Made by a program: the position numbers and the translations under genes. Source: Paraspadella gotoi (Eukaryota > Animalia > Chaetognatha). Taken from it: a DNA stretch of 64,000 nucleotides. This document shows positions 1 to 11,083 of the stretch, piece after piece. Position 1 is the first letter of the stretch. Each line of letters begins with the position of its first letter. Below the pieces are notes generated by a model, which was not told the DNA's origin, searched no databases, and saw only the letters and a program-made list of their open reading frames with translations. The stretch lies in contig CM119265.1 in NCBI GenBank assembly GCA_051294375.1, forward strand, positions 28,582,443 to 28,646,442, in the 5' to 3' direction.

Positions 1-529
1 GCGATGGTCAGTTGATTAAAGTAAGGCTTTGTCTTTTATTCCTATTTCGTTTTCTTTTATTAATTATTTGCTTGATGTTTAATCAAGCTCAACAAGCTAA
101 AATTGTTCATTCTCTAAATTGGTAAGTACTAATTTTGAAGGTAAAAAACTTTGCCAATAACGCAGAAAAACTACATTACTACTGATAAAGATGTCACGCC
201 TCGACTCTATTTTTAATGTCGTTCGGCCAATTCAAAGGTCTGTTTTTCGGTCCCTCATATTTTTCATAGGCCACTCGTATTCCGAGAGAGATTTTTGATA
301 TGAAGTTAGTTTCGTTTTAAAACTCATTGAATGTGTTTCGCCCGGAGGAAAATCTGTCTTTACGAGTTTCTGGGGGATTTTCCTTAAATAAATGATTAAA
401 TATACAAAGTGACTTTTCTCTCATGAACTCACGTTAAGCAATTCGTTTCGGGCGAAATTTCAAACTTAAAACGTTCGATTTCCCGCTGGCATAGAAAATA
501 TTAAAATATTAAAATATTTTATACAACTA

Positions 530-2169
530 CAGAGTGTCCCAATGGTACTGTCTGTCAAGAAAAGCTTACTGCTCCTATACCAGATAGAAAAACTTTAATT
601 CATTATAATGAATATGCGCACAAGTATGGACCATTTTATAGGATACCTAAGTTTTAACAAGTTTGAACAAACAATGTCGGATCTGCCCACGATCATTATC
701 GGTAATTAATTAATTAATTAATAAATAATTATTATATATTTAATTAATTAATAATTAATTTATTCAAGTTAATTATTTAATTAATTATGCAATTATACAA
801 TTAATTTGATCTAAAATGTTTGTTTTGATTGATTAATTAACTGATTAATTAATTATTGATTAATTAATTGAATAATTGATTAATTAACTAATTAATTATT
901 TGATTAATTAATACATCTTGCATTTACATTTAAAATAAAAAGAAAAAGAAGCATAATCAATTAGTGAAACAGGTTCTTTGTTTTTCCATTTAAACTCAAT
1001 TTCACTCAAACGATTCCATCGAAACTTGATTTCCAGTTTAATCACACTTTTCCACCCAAATACAAAATTTCAAGTCAATCGCCCCATCCAATTGGTGTTC
1101 AAATAGTGAAATATATTTTTTTTTCCATTTAAACTCATTTCCACTTGGACGATTCCATCGAAACTTCATATCCAGCTCAATCACACACTTCCCTACCCAC
1201 ACACAAAATTTCATTCCAATCCATCCATCCAATCACGAGTAATTGGTGTTTTTTGCTAAGGTGGGATGGACGGACGGACGGACGGACGGATGGACGGATG
1301 GACGGACGAATGGATGGACAGATGGACGGACAGACATCGTTTTTTTTTCCATAATTTATCATAATTCGATGTTCTGACATGATATAAGTGAATGCCCGAC
1401 AAGATTGAGGGGGTGGAACGACGGACCGACAAAGTGAATTATAGAGTCGGGATCTGCTGAAAGCAGATCCGACTAAAAATTGTACAAAGCAAACTCCTGT
1501 AGTTATTATATAAAGTAATTGGTAAAAATTTATTTTCAGTTATTTTTTAGAAAAAATTCTTAAATTATATATTTTTAATATATATCAAATATTGTTTATA
1601 ATATTGATTAATGATGTTATAAATCTTTTCTTAAATTGCAGGACAGTAAGAAACTGCCTCATATTTTTAGCTCCAGAGCTTTTATAATGCAGAAATTATT
1701 ATTTTATAAATTATCTAATTACCTTGTTCATATTACTTTTTTAATTGATTTAATAAAAACTTATTGAATAAATAGCAACCATTTTGTTCTGGCTTATTGA
1801 TTCAATCGCTCACAGCTTTAAATAATAAAATTTAAATATAAAATTAAATAGCATATTTTTATTAATTTTTATATTTTTTAAAATATTTATTTGTTCATTT
1901 TTATTAATCCACTTTTTTTTACAAATTAAAATTTAAACAATTTATATTTATTTAAAATATTTTTTTACATAATTTTTTTATATAATTAATTTAAAAAAAA
2001 ATTATCTAAAGAAATTATTTAAAGAAAAATTGATAAAAATTGAATTCAACATATAGTATCATAAATGGTAAGAACTTATCTTTGACATTGTTATATCAGA
2101 AATAGGATTTAATAACACAGTTCCACACAATATGTAAAAGTTAACCTACAGTACCATTGGGACACACTT
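530..2169. mobile_element. Putative Tc1/mariner-like MITE with a nested HINE
   Basis: Inverted ends CAGAGTGTCCCAATGGTACTGT (530) and ACAGTACCATTGGGACACACT (~2148-2168); left end preceded by TA; no coding capacity. Confidence 0.45.
656..1478 (-). mobile_element. DINE-1/HINE-like non-autonomous Helentron element
   Basis: One end AACAAGTTTGAACAAACAATGTCGGATCTGC, other end hairpin GTCGGGATCTGCTGAAAGCAGATCCGACTAAAA; subterminal inverted repeat, (GACG)n microsatellite and ~130-bp internal subrepeats; the same ends recur at least 8 times in the window. Confidence 0.75.
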
Positions 2170-2236
2170 TTTATTTCATTTATTTTATTTCATTCGATGA
2201 GAACATGGTTCGTCTATTTAGATCTGCTTACAGCAG

Positions 2237-3273
2237 TGTAATAAAAAAGTAGGTGACGACCTTTGTTATTAGTTTATTTAGTAATTGATATTGCAGGGAT
2301 AGCTTAGGCAAAGCAAGGATTGGCTTTGAGCAAAAGCAAAGGTTGGTCTTAAGAAAAGCTTAAGAAGCAAAAAATTGGTTATAAGTGAAGCAGAGATTGC
2401 CTTTGAGCAAAGAGGGAAATGGCTAAAAACAAAGGGCAGTTAGGAGAAGGCTAAAGCCAAAAGGGGGGCTTTTACGGCCTGCTAAGTCCCAAACCAATTC
2501 CAGAGGAGAAATCACGTGACCAAAATCTGCCTATATAAGGAGGAGTGCCACAGACTGTGGTCAGGAGTCAATTGAGACCCTCTGAAGTGTAAGGGGAAAT
2601 TCTGTCCGGCTGGAAAAGTTACTGGAAAAACGCTTAAGTCCAGGAGAGACTGAAAACGCCTAAGTCCAGGAGAGACTGAAAACGCCTAAGTCCAGGAGAG
2701 ACTGAAAACGCCTAAGTCAGGAGAGACTGAAAACGCCTAAGTCCAGGAAGGACTGGTTGGAAATAATAACTCTAAGGTTAAGTCTGATAAGACTTGGTTA
2801 AGGTTAAGTCTGGTAAGACTTGGTTAAGGTTAAGTCTGGTAAGACTTGGTTAAGGTTAATGGTAGATTAATATAAGGGTCTCAAGTGACTACAGACCACA
2901 GCTTCATAATTCCTAGTGGACTCTCCTCAACTCTCAAGTGGATTTCATTAATACTTTGGCTTACATTTAATTTGAACATGTGTATTTAATTTTGTATATG
3001 TACATTGATTTTACTGTGCTTTAAAAATAATGTATTGAGTCAGTAGTAAAGATATTATTTAAATTTGTACTAAAGATTATTTCTTTATTTTTCTTTTAGG
3101 TTAAATTTTTAATAAAAGCGCCCCAGGTTACAAATCCAGTGGACTCAGGATTTAAATAATAAAGTTTTTAACGCCAGGAACTCCAGTGCCCAAGAACTCA
3201 AGGACTCCAGTTTTTCGATATTTTATAATAAAGTGGGTGGTGGTAAAAAACACCACCCAAGATTTTTATTACA
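2237..3273 (+). repeat. 5' LTR
   Basis: TGTAATAAAAA...TTTTTATTACA 11-bp terminal inverted repeat; TATATAAGG ~2532; 26-bp tandem arrays at ~2625-2750 and ~2773-2860; AATAAA ~3111; GGGTGGTG/CACCACCC hairpin 3235-3258; near-identical to 14038-15043. Confidence 0.95.
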
Positions 3274-3275
3274 TC

Positions 3276-3321
3276 TGGCGCCAACATGTGGGGCTCGAAC
3301 CCACGACCCCGGGATTAAGAG
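3276..3321 (+). promoter_or_regulatory. Extended primer-binding site complementary to tRNA-Lys(CUU)
   Basis: TGGCGCCAACATGTGGGGCTCGAACCCACGACCCCGGGATTAAGAG, starting 2 nt after the LTR, is close to the reverse complement of animal tRNA-Lys(CUU) from the CCA end to the anticodon loop. Confidence 0.9.
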
Positions 3322-3589
3322 AGATTAAAAATAAGGGGAGCAACTAATAACGGTAAGGTATTCGTAACAGGAGGGAAGCGAAGGTACGGCGCAACTCTCA
3401 GCCAACGATCTTCTGACGGGTGAAATCAAGATTAGTCCTGAGAACCTACCAGGAAGGTGCCTGGGAGGAGACGGAGGTACAGATACTAAGGGAAAAGCGA
3501 CAATCGCCGAGGAAGTAGACTCGTTAATAATATGTACGCAAGAGGCGATTCCTGGGAGTTGCGACAGGGGTGCTGAAGAAATCCAAGGA

Positions 3590-4093
3590 ATGGACGAAAT
3601 GCCACAAGAAACGTCGCAGAAATGCGAAACCTTGGAGCAGGAATTGGTCTTTCTAACCGAGCTGCCGCCACAGAAGCAGAGACGGCTGAACACACTGGTA
3701 CGAACGTATAAGGTCTCGGCTTCCACGGGATCCACGCCGACCAAACCAGGGTCTGTTGCAATAAAGTATGGGGCGTCGGAGTCGGAACCTGAAGAATTAG
3801 ACACGGCTCCAAAAAGGTTTGCTTGTCACGAATGTGCTGATGAATTTACGAATAAAAGTGCATTGAACGGGCACCGAAGGTGTCACACTTACGACTGTCC
3901 TGAGTGTAATGAAAGAGTGAAAGGGAGATTTTTATTTGAGCTACACAACGAAGTGAAACATAAAAATTTATATGAGTGCTTGGTATGTGAGGAGACGTTC
4001 ACGGAAAAGGGGAGAATAATTGAACATCTCCTACTCCACGAGGTTTTTAAGGAGGAAGCTAGAAAAATAACGTCAAATATAAGGATACTGTAA
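3590..4093 (+). CDS. Element ORF1: three C2H2 zinc fingers (frame open from 3368)
   Basis: CHECADEFTNKSALNGHRRCH, CPECNERVKGRFLFELHNEVKH, CLVCEETFTEKGRIIEHLLLH. Confidence 0.85.
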   Translation: MDEMPQETSQKCETLEQELVFLTELPPQKQRRLNTLVRTYKVSASTGSTPTKPGSVAIKYGASESEPEELDTAPKRFACHECADEFTNKSALNGHRRCHTYDCPECNERVKGRFLFELHNEVKHKNLYECLVCEETFTEKGRIIEHLLLHEVFKEEARKITSNIRIL

Positions 4094-4662
4094 TGTAGTG
4101 AAAATTGGGGTAGGGAAAAGCCTATCACGCCTCGCTTCGTAAAAGAGATTTTTGGTCGGATTTAAATACACTCAAAATAGAGTTTTTATTTTGTCAATTT
4201 TAAATTATGTCCGAGTATAGAGGGGACGAGTGGTTTGATAAATTGTAAAAGGAGAAAACCCTGTACAAAAAGGGTGGCGTAATTTTCATTTGTTTTTCGT
4301 TCTCATGATAACGTTTATTTAAATTGCCGTTTATCTTAACGCCATAATCATGGCACTTATTTTCACCACACTCGTGGAATCATCTTTTACTAATGCCACA
4401 CTCGTGGTAATATTAATTTTAATTTTCTCATTACGCCATTGATCTGTAACGTTGATTTTAAAAGTGGTTTTGTTTTGATCGTCTCCCGCTTGGGAAAAAT
4501 ATTGTTTATTTACTCGGCTACGGCGCCTGATTTTCGTCCGATAGTCAACATTTTTTTTTCTACTTTTGGATATCTCGCATTTTTTATAGCGTTTCCACTA
4601 ATTGCCTTTTTATAAATTGTCGTGAACCCTCTCGTTGACAGATTAATTACTAAAACGGAGCA

Positions 4663-5241
4663 ATGAACCGCTCAAAAAGCCAAGTTTTCCGTGTAAACCC
4701 TAATACACGGGAACAAGCAACTCAAGCAGACGTAGAGTTGCTAAAATTTAATAACGTTGCATGTAAAACCGGAATAAACAATAATGGATCGACGGAAGAT
4801 GACGGACGGGGCGAGACGGATGTTTCGCCAGGCTCAATGAGTTACTCGGAAACAAGACCTCAGGAGGTGACGAGTGAAGAAGATGATGCATACAGTGAAG
4901 AAAGTGGAACGCGATCGGATGGGAGTAGGACTAGTAAAAGTAAGAAAAGGGAGTTTAAGAAACTAGGAAGAGACTGTTGGGACGAACATTGGGAAAAACG
5001 CACTGTAATGAACAAACGTGATTGTTTTAAATGTAGTATTTGTAATAAAACACTGTCTGCTAGAATCCACTTGGATATCCACAACGAGACTGTGCACTCT
5101 GTAGTTTATCGGTGTTTAATTTGTAAAAAATATATAAAGAAAAAGGATAAAATTGTAGTACATGTGTTAATGCATAAGGAAATGGAAATTTTTGCAAAAG
5201 ACGTTTTTTGTTGCATAGAAACTAAAGAGAGGAATAAGTAG
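4663..5241 (+). CDS. Element ORF2: acidic disordered N-terminus plus two C2H2 zinc fingers
   Basis: CSICNKTLSARIHLDIHNETVH and CLICKKYIKKKDKIVVHVLMH; AG acceptor at 4640-4641 upstream of the ATG. Confidence 0.85.
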   Translation: MNRSKSQVFRVNPNTREQATQADVELLKFNNVACKTGINNNGSTEDDGRGETDVSPGSMSYSETRPQEVTSEEDDAYSEESGTRSDGSRTSKSKKREFKKLGRDCWDEHWEKRTVMNKRDCFKCSICNKTLSARIHLDIHNETVHSVVYRCLICKKYIKKKDKIVVHVLMHKEMEIFAKDVFCCIETKERNK

Positions 5242-5370
5242 AATTTTACGTAAGGGTCATGAAAGTTCTGTAAAATAATATCAGCTGCTAAAATTCTCAA
5301 AAATCTTAAAATAATTTAATGTTTTTTCTTTATCACACAGATAAAACTCGAATTAATTAAGTTTACTAAA

Positions 5371-6297
5371 ATGGAATCTAATGAACTGAAAAATTGTTTT
5401 AGCGAATTAAGGGAGTGGGAAATGAAAAATAAGTTATCTGTAAACCAATTAACTGAAGGCCAGCGCAGGCTTGAAATGCAGATAGAGTATGAAAGAAAGG
5501 ATAAGGAAAAGGCTATCCAAAGGTTACGCGATGAGGAAATTAAAAATAGGGACTTACGAAAATTAGTCGCTGAACTTGGTCAAGGGATTCAATTTAAGAG
5601 TAGGGAAAAAGAGGGATTCATGAACGTAAGATTGAAAAAAGATATTGGGTTGAGAGAGACACAATGGGTAGAGACGGAAACGTTGACATATATCTTAAAA
5701 ACGAAAGGGGTTTTGAATGAGGTAGTAAGGGAGATGCAAGAATTTGAACGGAAACCATGGGAAACTAACAAGGAAGCGTGTATACCTACTAAAGTAATAA
5801 GATCAGAATCCCTAATGAAAGTATTCTTTGAGCAAGTTGATTTGACCATATTTACTAAAGAAAGGGAAAGGTTGGATAACGAGTGGAAAAAATTATGCTT
5901 AAAAAGTAAGGAAGTTGAAATATTACGGGAAAAAGTGTATGAGAACCGGGAAGTCATACAAAATTTCTATGAGAAGGAAATAATTGGTATTGTAAAGGAG
6001 AAGATGGACCAGGTTAAGAAAATATATAGCAACGTATGGAATAACCAAAATACTGAAGAAGGCAAGAACTTGATTGATAATAAAAGAATTAACTTTGAAG
6101 AGGACGAGATTCAAGTTTACGTCTCCCCAGAAGAAATCGTGGAAATGGAAGGGAATAATGTAAGTGAAAATGTACATTATGAAAAACAAAATGAGGTAGT
6201 CAATGAAAATATCAAGAATAGTATGGTAGAGAATAGGGGAACAAAAAGAGATGGAGACGGGAATCCAAAAGGAGTGATAAGTAATATAGACAAAGGT
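5371..6297 (+). CDS. Element ORF3, N-terminal part: coiled-coil protein, possibly Gag-like
   Basis: E/K/R-rich helical ORF running into the N gap at ...GVISNIDKG; the same sequence resumes at ~10745. Confidence 0.7.
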
Positions 6298-6322
6298 NNN
6301 NNNNNNNNNNNNNNNNNNNNNN

Positions 6323-9300
6323 TTCCGTTCTTCATGATAACGTTTATTAAAAAGCCGTTTAATGCTTAACGCCATTAATCATGGCACTTATTTTCACCGA
6401 CACTCGTTGTAATTCATCCTTTTACTAATGCCACACTCGTGGTAATATTTAATTTTAATTTTCTCATTTTACGCCATTGATTCTGTAAACGTTTGATTTT
6501 AAAATTGGCTTTTGGTTTTTGATCAAGAATATAACATCTACGGCTTGGGAAATAAATATATTGTTTTTATCTTACCTCTCGGCTATCGGCGCCTGATTTT
6601 TCGTTCGATAGTCAACATTTTTTTCTACTTTTGGACCTATCTCGCATATTTTTCCCTATAGCTCTCCTTTCCACTTTAATTTCTGCCTTATTTTATAAAA
6701 TATTGCTCTCTGTGAATCTCCCTACTCGTTGACAGACAATTTATACTCTATAATAAACGGCCAGCAATTGAACCCGCTGCAAAAATGCACATTCTAAGTG
6801 ATATATATACGTGTAAACCCTAATTACACGTGCGATAAACAAGCAACTCAAGCCCTCAGACGTTAAGTTGCTAATATAATAACGTTGTGCAATATGGGTG
6901 TTAAAACCGAAGAATTAAACAATAATGGAATTCGTGGAAGGATGACGACGGGAGCGAGGACGGATGTTTTCGCCAGGCTTTTCACATGATGTTACTCTGG
7001 AACAAAGACCTCAGGAGGGTTGAACGATGTGAGAACAAATGATGTCCACTTGCATTCCTACAGTGAGATAGTTGAGAAACGCGAATTTCGGATGGGACGT
7101 GTCAGGACTAGATAAAAGTAAGATAAGGTGTAGATTATTTTAAGAACACTTATATAGGAAGTAGACTGTTTGGGTCACGAAATGGGGAAAAAACGTCCTA
7201 CATGTTTACCATGAACAATTAAACGTTGTTATAACCTGTCCACGTATTTAGTAATAAAATCATCTGTCTGAAACTCTAAGAATTCCACTTGGCATGAGTC
7301 TCACACCCACGAGTATGTGCAACAAAATCCCTCGTCCACCGTCTTCATCGTGGAATCTAATTTGTATAAAAACATATATTATAAAAAGAAAAATGTCGTA
7401 ATAATATTATAGTACATGTGTTAATAGCCAATTAAGGAAATGGATAATTTTTGCAAAGAACGATTTTTGTCTGCATAGATACTAAGGAGAGGACCTATAA
7501 GATAAGAATTTCCTACTCCGTAAGGGGTTTCATGAATATGTTCTGTAAAATAATATCAGTCTTGCTAAAATTCTTTCAATAAATCTTAAATAATAATTTA
7601 GTTTTCTCATTTATACACAAGATTTAAAAACTTCGACTATTTAATTAAGTTTTACTAAAAATGGAATCTATTATGGCAACCTGCACCAAAAATTATTGTA
7701 TTTAAGCGAATTAATGCGGCATGTTGGAGATGAATTATATTATGAGTTATATTGTTAATACCCCAACTTAACTGAAAGGCTAGTGCTGCAGGCTTGAAAA
7801 ATATCTTGTGCAAAGATAAAGAGTATGAATAAGAAAGGTATTAGCGAATGGCTATATCCAAATGGTACGCTGTATGACTGTTGAAATAAATAAGGACTTT
7901 TACGTAATAAAATAGTCGCTGAACTTGGTCAAGGGCATTCTCAATTTATAGTGGAGTAGGGTGAAAATAAGATGGGATTTCATGATACTTGTATTTGTGA
8001 ATAAATATATTTGGGTTTTGAGAAGACACTAATTGGTTAGATGACGGTAAACTGTTGACATATATCTTATAAACGTAAAGGAGGAATGTGGACAGACTCT
8101 ACGATACATTAGGGTGTTAAACGTTTATTAACGATGCAATACAATGACATAAAAAGGTGAAATAAAAAGGTAATGCAATTACACAGTGGAAATGAGACAA
8201 AATCGATGTTTACTTAGTGAATGAAAGGTTTAGAAAGGCATTGAACGTTGTGTCTATTCTTCGTGGGCTAACGCGTGGCCATCGACCGGAAGGAAACCCC
8301 GTTGAAAGCCAGCGGGACGACGAGACCAATGACCTGAGGTTCTAAGAGGTCATGGTGGTCGTTGAGGGAAAAGATGAGAGAGATAGTCGAGGTAGCTCGG
8401 CCTTCATCCCCCCCATCAAGTTCGTTGTCTCCGGAAAGAGGGCGCGGAACTGATAACTACAGCTTCTTGCCGTGGTCCATGAATTGCATAAAGGGGAATT
8501 GGTTGCTTTTGCGCACAAAAGAGGTCGCTGTTTGTATGTCACATAAAGTTTGTCAAGTCCTAAATCCAATGAGGCCGTAGGAAATATAACGGAATATATA
8601 ATTTAGAGCGTGTGATAGCTCATCTGCGGTTTTTGGCGTCGTGTCTGTGGCGCTCTGCCACGGCGTTTTTTGCCGTCTTCCACGCATTGCTGTTTTTAAG
8701 TAGCTCTAGTTGTAGCAGAGGCTTGTTCATATTCTGCAGCCTTTTTTTCTGTGGACGTGTGGCCGACAATTCCGAGGTTATTTCCTCAGGGAACTTCGTA
8801 GTTGGCGTCAAAGAAAAGGCTGTCATCAATTATCGCCAGAGTCACTGGGCAACAGAGGTGGATGAAAGGCGACGATATTAATGATGGGAGACCTTTGTTT
8901 GTTTTTGTTGATTTTGTCGTAAGATAAAGGTGAAAGAAATAGAAAAAGAGTGATAAGTAATAAAAGTGGGTAAAGGAACGGAACATTTTTGAGAAAATAT
9001 ATTAAAATAGTAGGAAATTAACAAGTAGGTAGAATAAAAAGTAAGAAAAAAAATAAAAAATGGAGCAAATTTATATATTTGAATTGTTTAGAAAAAAGCG
9101 TTAAGGTTTTTTGTTTCATTGTAGGAATTATGTTTGCAGCATTGAAGGAGCAATTCAAGGCATTGAAGGAGTTTGCTTCTTTAGAGCATTCAGATAAAAA
9201 CGTCAGATTCGGTTTACTGCCAGAATCACGAGCAGAGGCTGATGCCACGAGCTTTTGGATACGCAAATTGACGAAGGTGTCGGCGATAGTTTTGGTAGAG

Positions 9301-10780
9301 ATAAGTTTTTTCTCGGCGTCTTCTTGCTTTGCTCGTCAACGGCCGTCGTTAGTAAACGTCGGGAAAAAGAAAACGATGAGGGCGACTCAACCAGTGTTGG
9401 AGTTTTTTGGCAGAGAGATTTGTCAGAGAGGGTTTTGGTAATGTTAGGTGGAGGATTTATATTATTCTCCAGAGTAGATGGTGACCCGCCGACACCGGAG
9501 ATAAGGGACTTAAATTGGAGGTGTGAAAAAGGAGTCTTTTTTGGAGGGGACATGGAAACGAGACAGGCGAATCGCCCTTGTGAATGCAAGGCTGATTGGG
9601 TGAATCCTTGCTTTCACAAAGAATTGTATTTTTTACTAAAAGCGGAAGATTCAAAACAAGTTCCAATTCATCCATTTTTTCTTGTTCACGTTGGGAGGTA
9701 GGATACTTAGTTGGGAGGTTGGTTGGCAATATTGTAAACATTTTCAGAGGTTTTTTTTTTTTTTATGGGCGGGGAAGGTTTTTAGGAGGCTTTTTTTTTT
9801 TATATAGTATTTTTCACAGAAGGCTTTTTGGGCGTGTTCTCCGTCGGGCTCACCAATGTGGGAGACACGACAATAGGGTGTAAACAGTTTATTACGAGGC
9901 AATTACAATGACATAAAAAGGTGAATAAATAATGAATTACACAGTGGAGAGACAAAACGATGTTACAGGATAAAGGTGTTAATTAGTTGTGTCTCTCGTG
10001 CTTCGCGCCGACCGAGAAGACCCGTTGAAGCCCACGAACAATGACCTGAGGTCTGAGGTCATGTGGTCGTTGAGCGGAAAAGAGAGGAGAGTCGATAGTA
10101 GCTCAGGTCCTCAGGGTTTGAATATAGTATCAGGTAGTAAGGAGATGCAATGAATTGAACATAATCGTAATGGGAAAGAATAAAGCAATTAAGAGAGCGG
10201 ATCGTATTAATTACTAAACTAATAAAAAGTAATAGAATCAGATATGCCTCCCTAATGAAATGTATTCTTTGAGCAAGTTGATTTGACCATATTTTACTTA
10301 AAGAAGGGAAAGGTGGTTGGTATAACGAGTGGAAAAATATATGCTTAAAAAGTAAGGAGAAGTGAAATATTACGAAAAGTGTATGAGAACCGGGAAGTCA
10401 TACAAAATTTCTATGAGAAGGAAATAATTGGGTATTTGATAGGAGAAGATGGACCAGGTTAAGAAAAATAATTAGCAACGTATGGAATAACCAAAATTAC
10501 TGAAGAATGGCAAGAACTTGATTGATAATAAAAGAATTAACTTTGAAGGACGAGATTCAAAGTTTACGTCTCCCAGAAGAAATCGTGGAAATGGAAGGGA
10601 ATAATGTAAGTGAAAATGTACATTATGGAAAAAACAAAATGAGGTAGTCAATGAAAAATATCAAGAATAGTATGGTTAGAGAATAGGGGAACAAAAAAAG
10701 AGATTGGAGACGCGGGAAATCCATAAAGGCAGTCCGAATAAAGTGGGAATCCAAAAGGAGTGATAAGTAATATAGACAAA
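6323..10780 (+). other. Error-rich duplicate of ~4330-6297 (unpolished read or alternate allele) carrying a nested insertion
   Basis: Colinear with 4330-6297 but full of single-base indels; begins right after an N gap. Confidence 0.85.
8087..10113 (-). mobile_element. Small nested LTR element (TRIM/non-autonomous-like) with tRNA-Trp-like PBS
   Basis: Direct repeats 8087-8406 and 9857-10113 with TG..CA ends; on the minus strand TGGTGAGCCCGACGGAG follows the 5' LTR and GGGGGGGA precedes the 3' LTR; it interrupts the ORF3 copy at AAGGGG. Confidence 0.75.
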
Positions 10781-10927
10781 GGTCTCGATCCCGGATGTAA
10801 GATATTATGCTGTGGAATTAGGAGGTGTGGGAAATGCTTCCACAGTCACGGGGACCAAGTTGATTGCCCATGCCTGCATACAAGGCAATTTATTGATTTC
10901 GTGGAAGGTGGAGAGCTATTTGATTAA
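10745..10927 (+). CDS. Element ORF3, C-terminus: Cys/His-rich, zinc-knuckle-like
   Basis: GNPKGVISNIDKGLDPGCKILCCGIRRCGKCFHSHGDQVDCPCLHTRQFIDFVEGGELFD*, continuing the ORF cut at 6297. Confidence 0.7.
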   Translation, partial: GNPKGVISNIDKGLDPGCKILCCGIRRCGKCFHSHGDQVDCPCLHTRQFIDFVEGGELFD

Positions 10928-11083
10928 CTATAAATAATAGGACTCGGTGAACAAGTTGTGCGATAACGCTGTGTTAATAATTGTGTTGACAAGTGTTAAT
11001 TGGAATTGAACAGTGTTTTATTCTTGAAGTGTATTGATAATTCTTGCCTTTCATGTTATGTTCTTTCTTCTTTCAGTAACGAA

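Noticed and set aside
2625-2860. CRISPR-like regular repeats (also 35627-35792, 52690-52985)
   Set aside because: No unique spacers, no cas genes, eukaryotic context; these are plain tandem repeats
3276-3321. tRNA-Lys gene on the minus strand
   Set aside because: Only the 3' ~60%, with encoded CCA and abutting the LTR; it is a PBS
6323-8086. Apparent tandem pseudogene copies of ORF2/ORF3
   Set aside because: Insertion-dominated noise next to an N gap indicates an unpolished read or alternate haplotype
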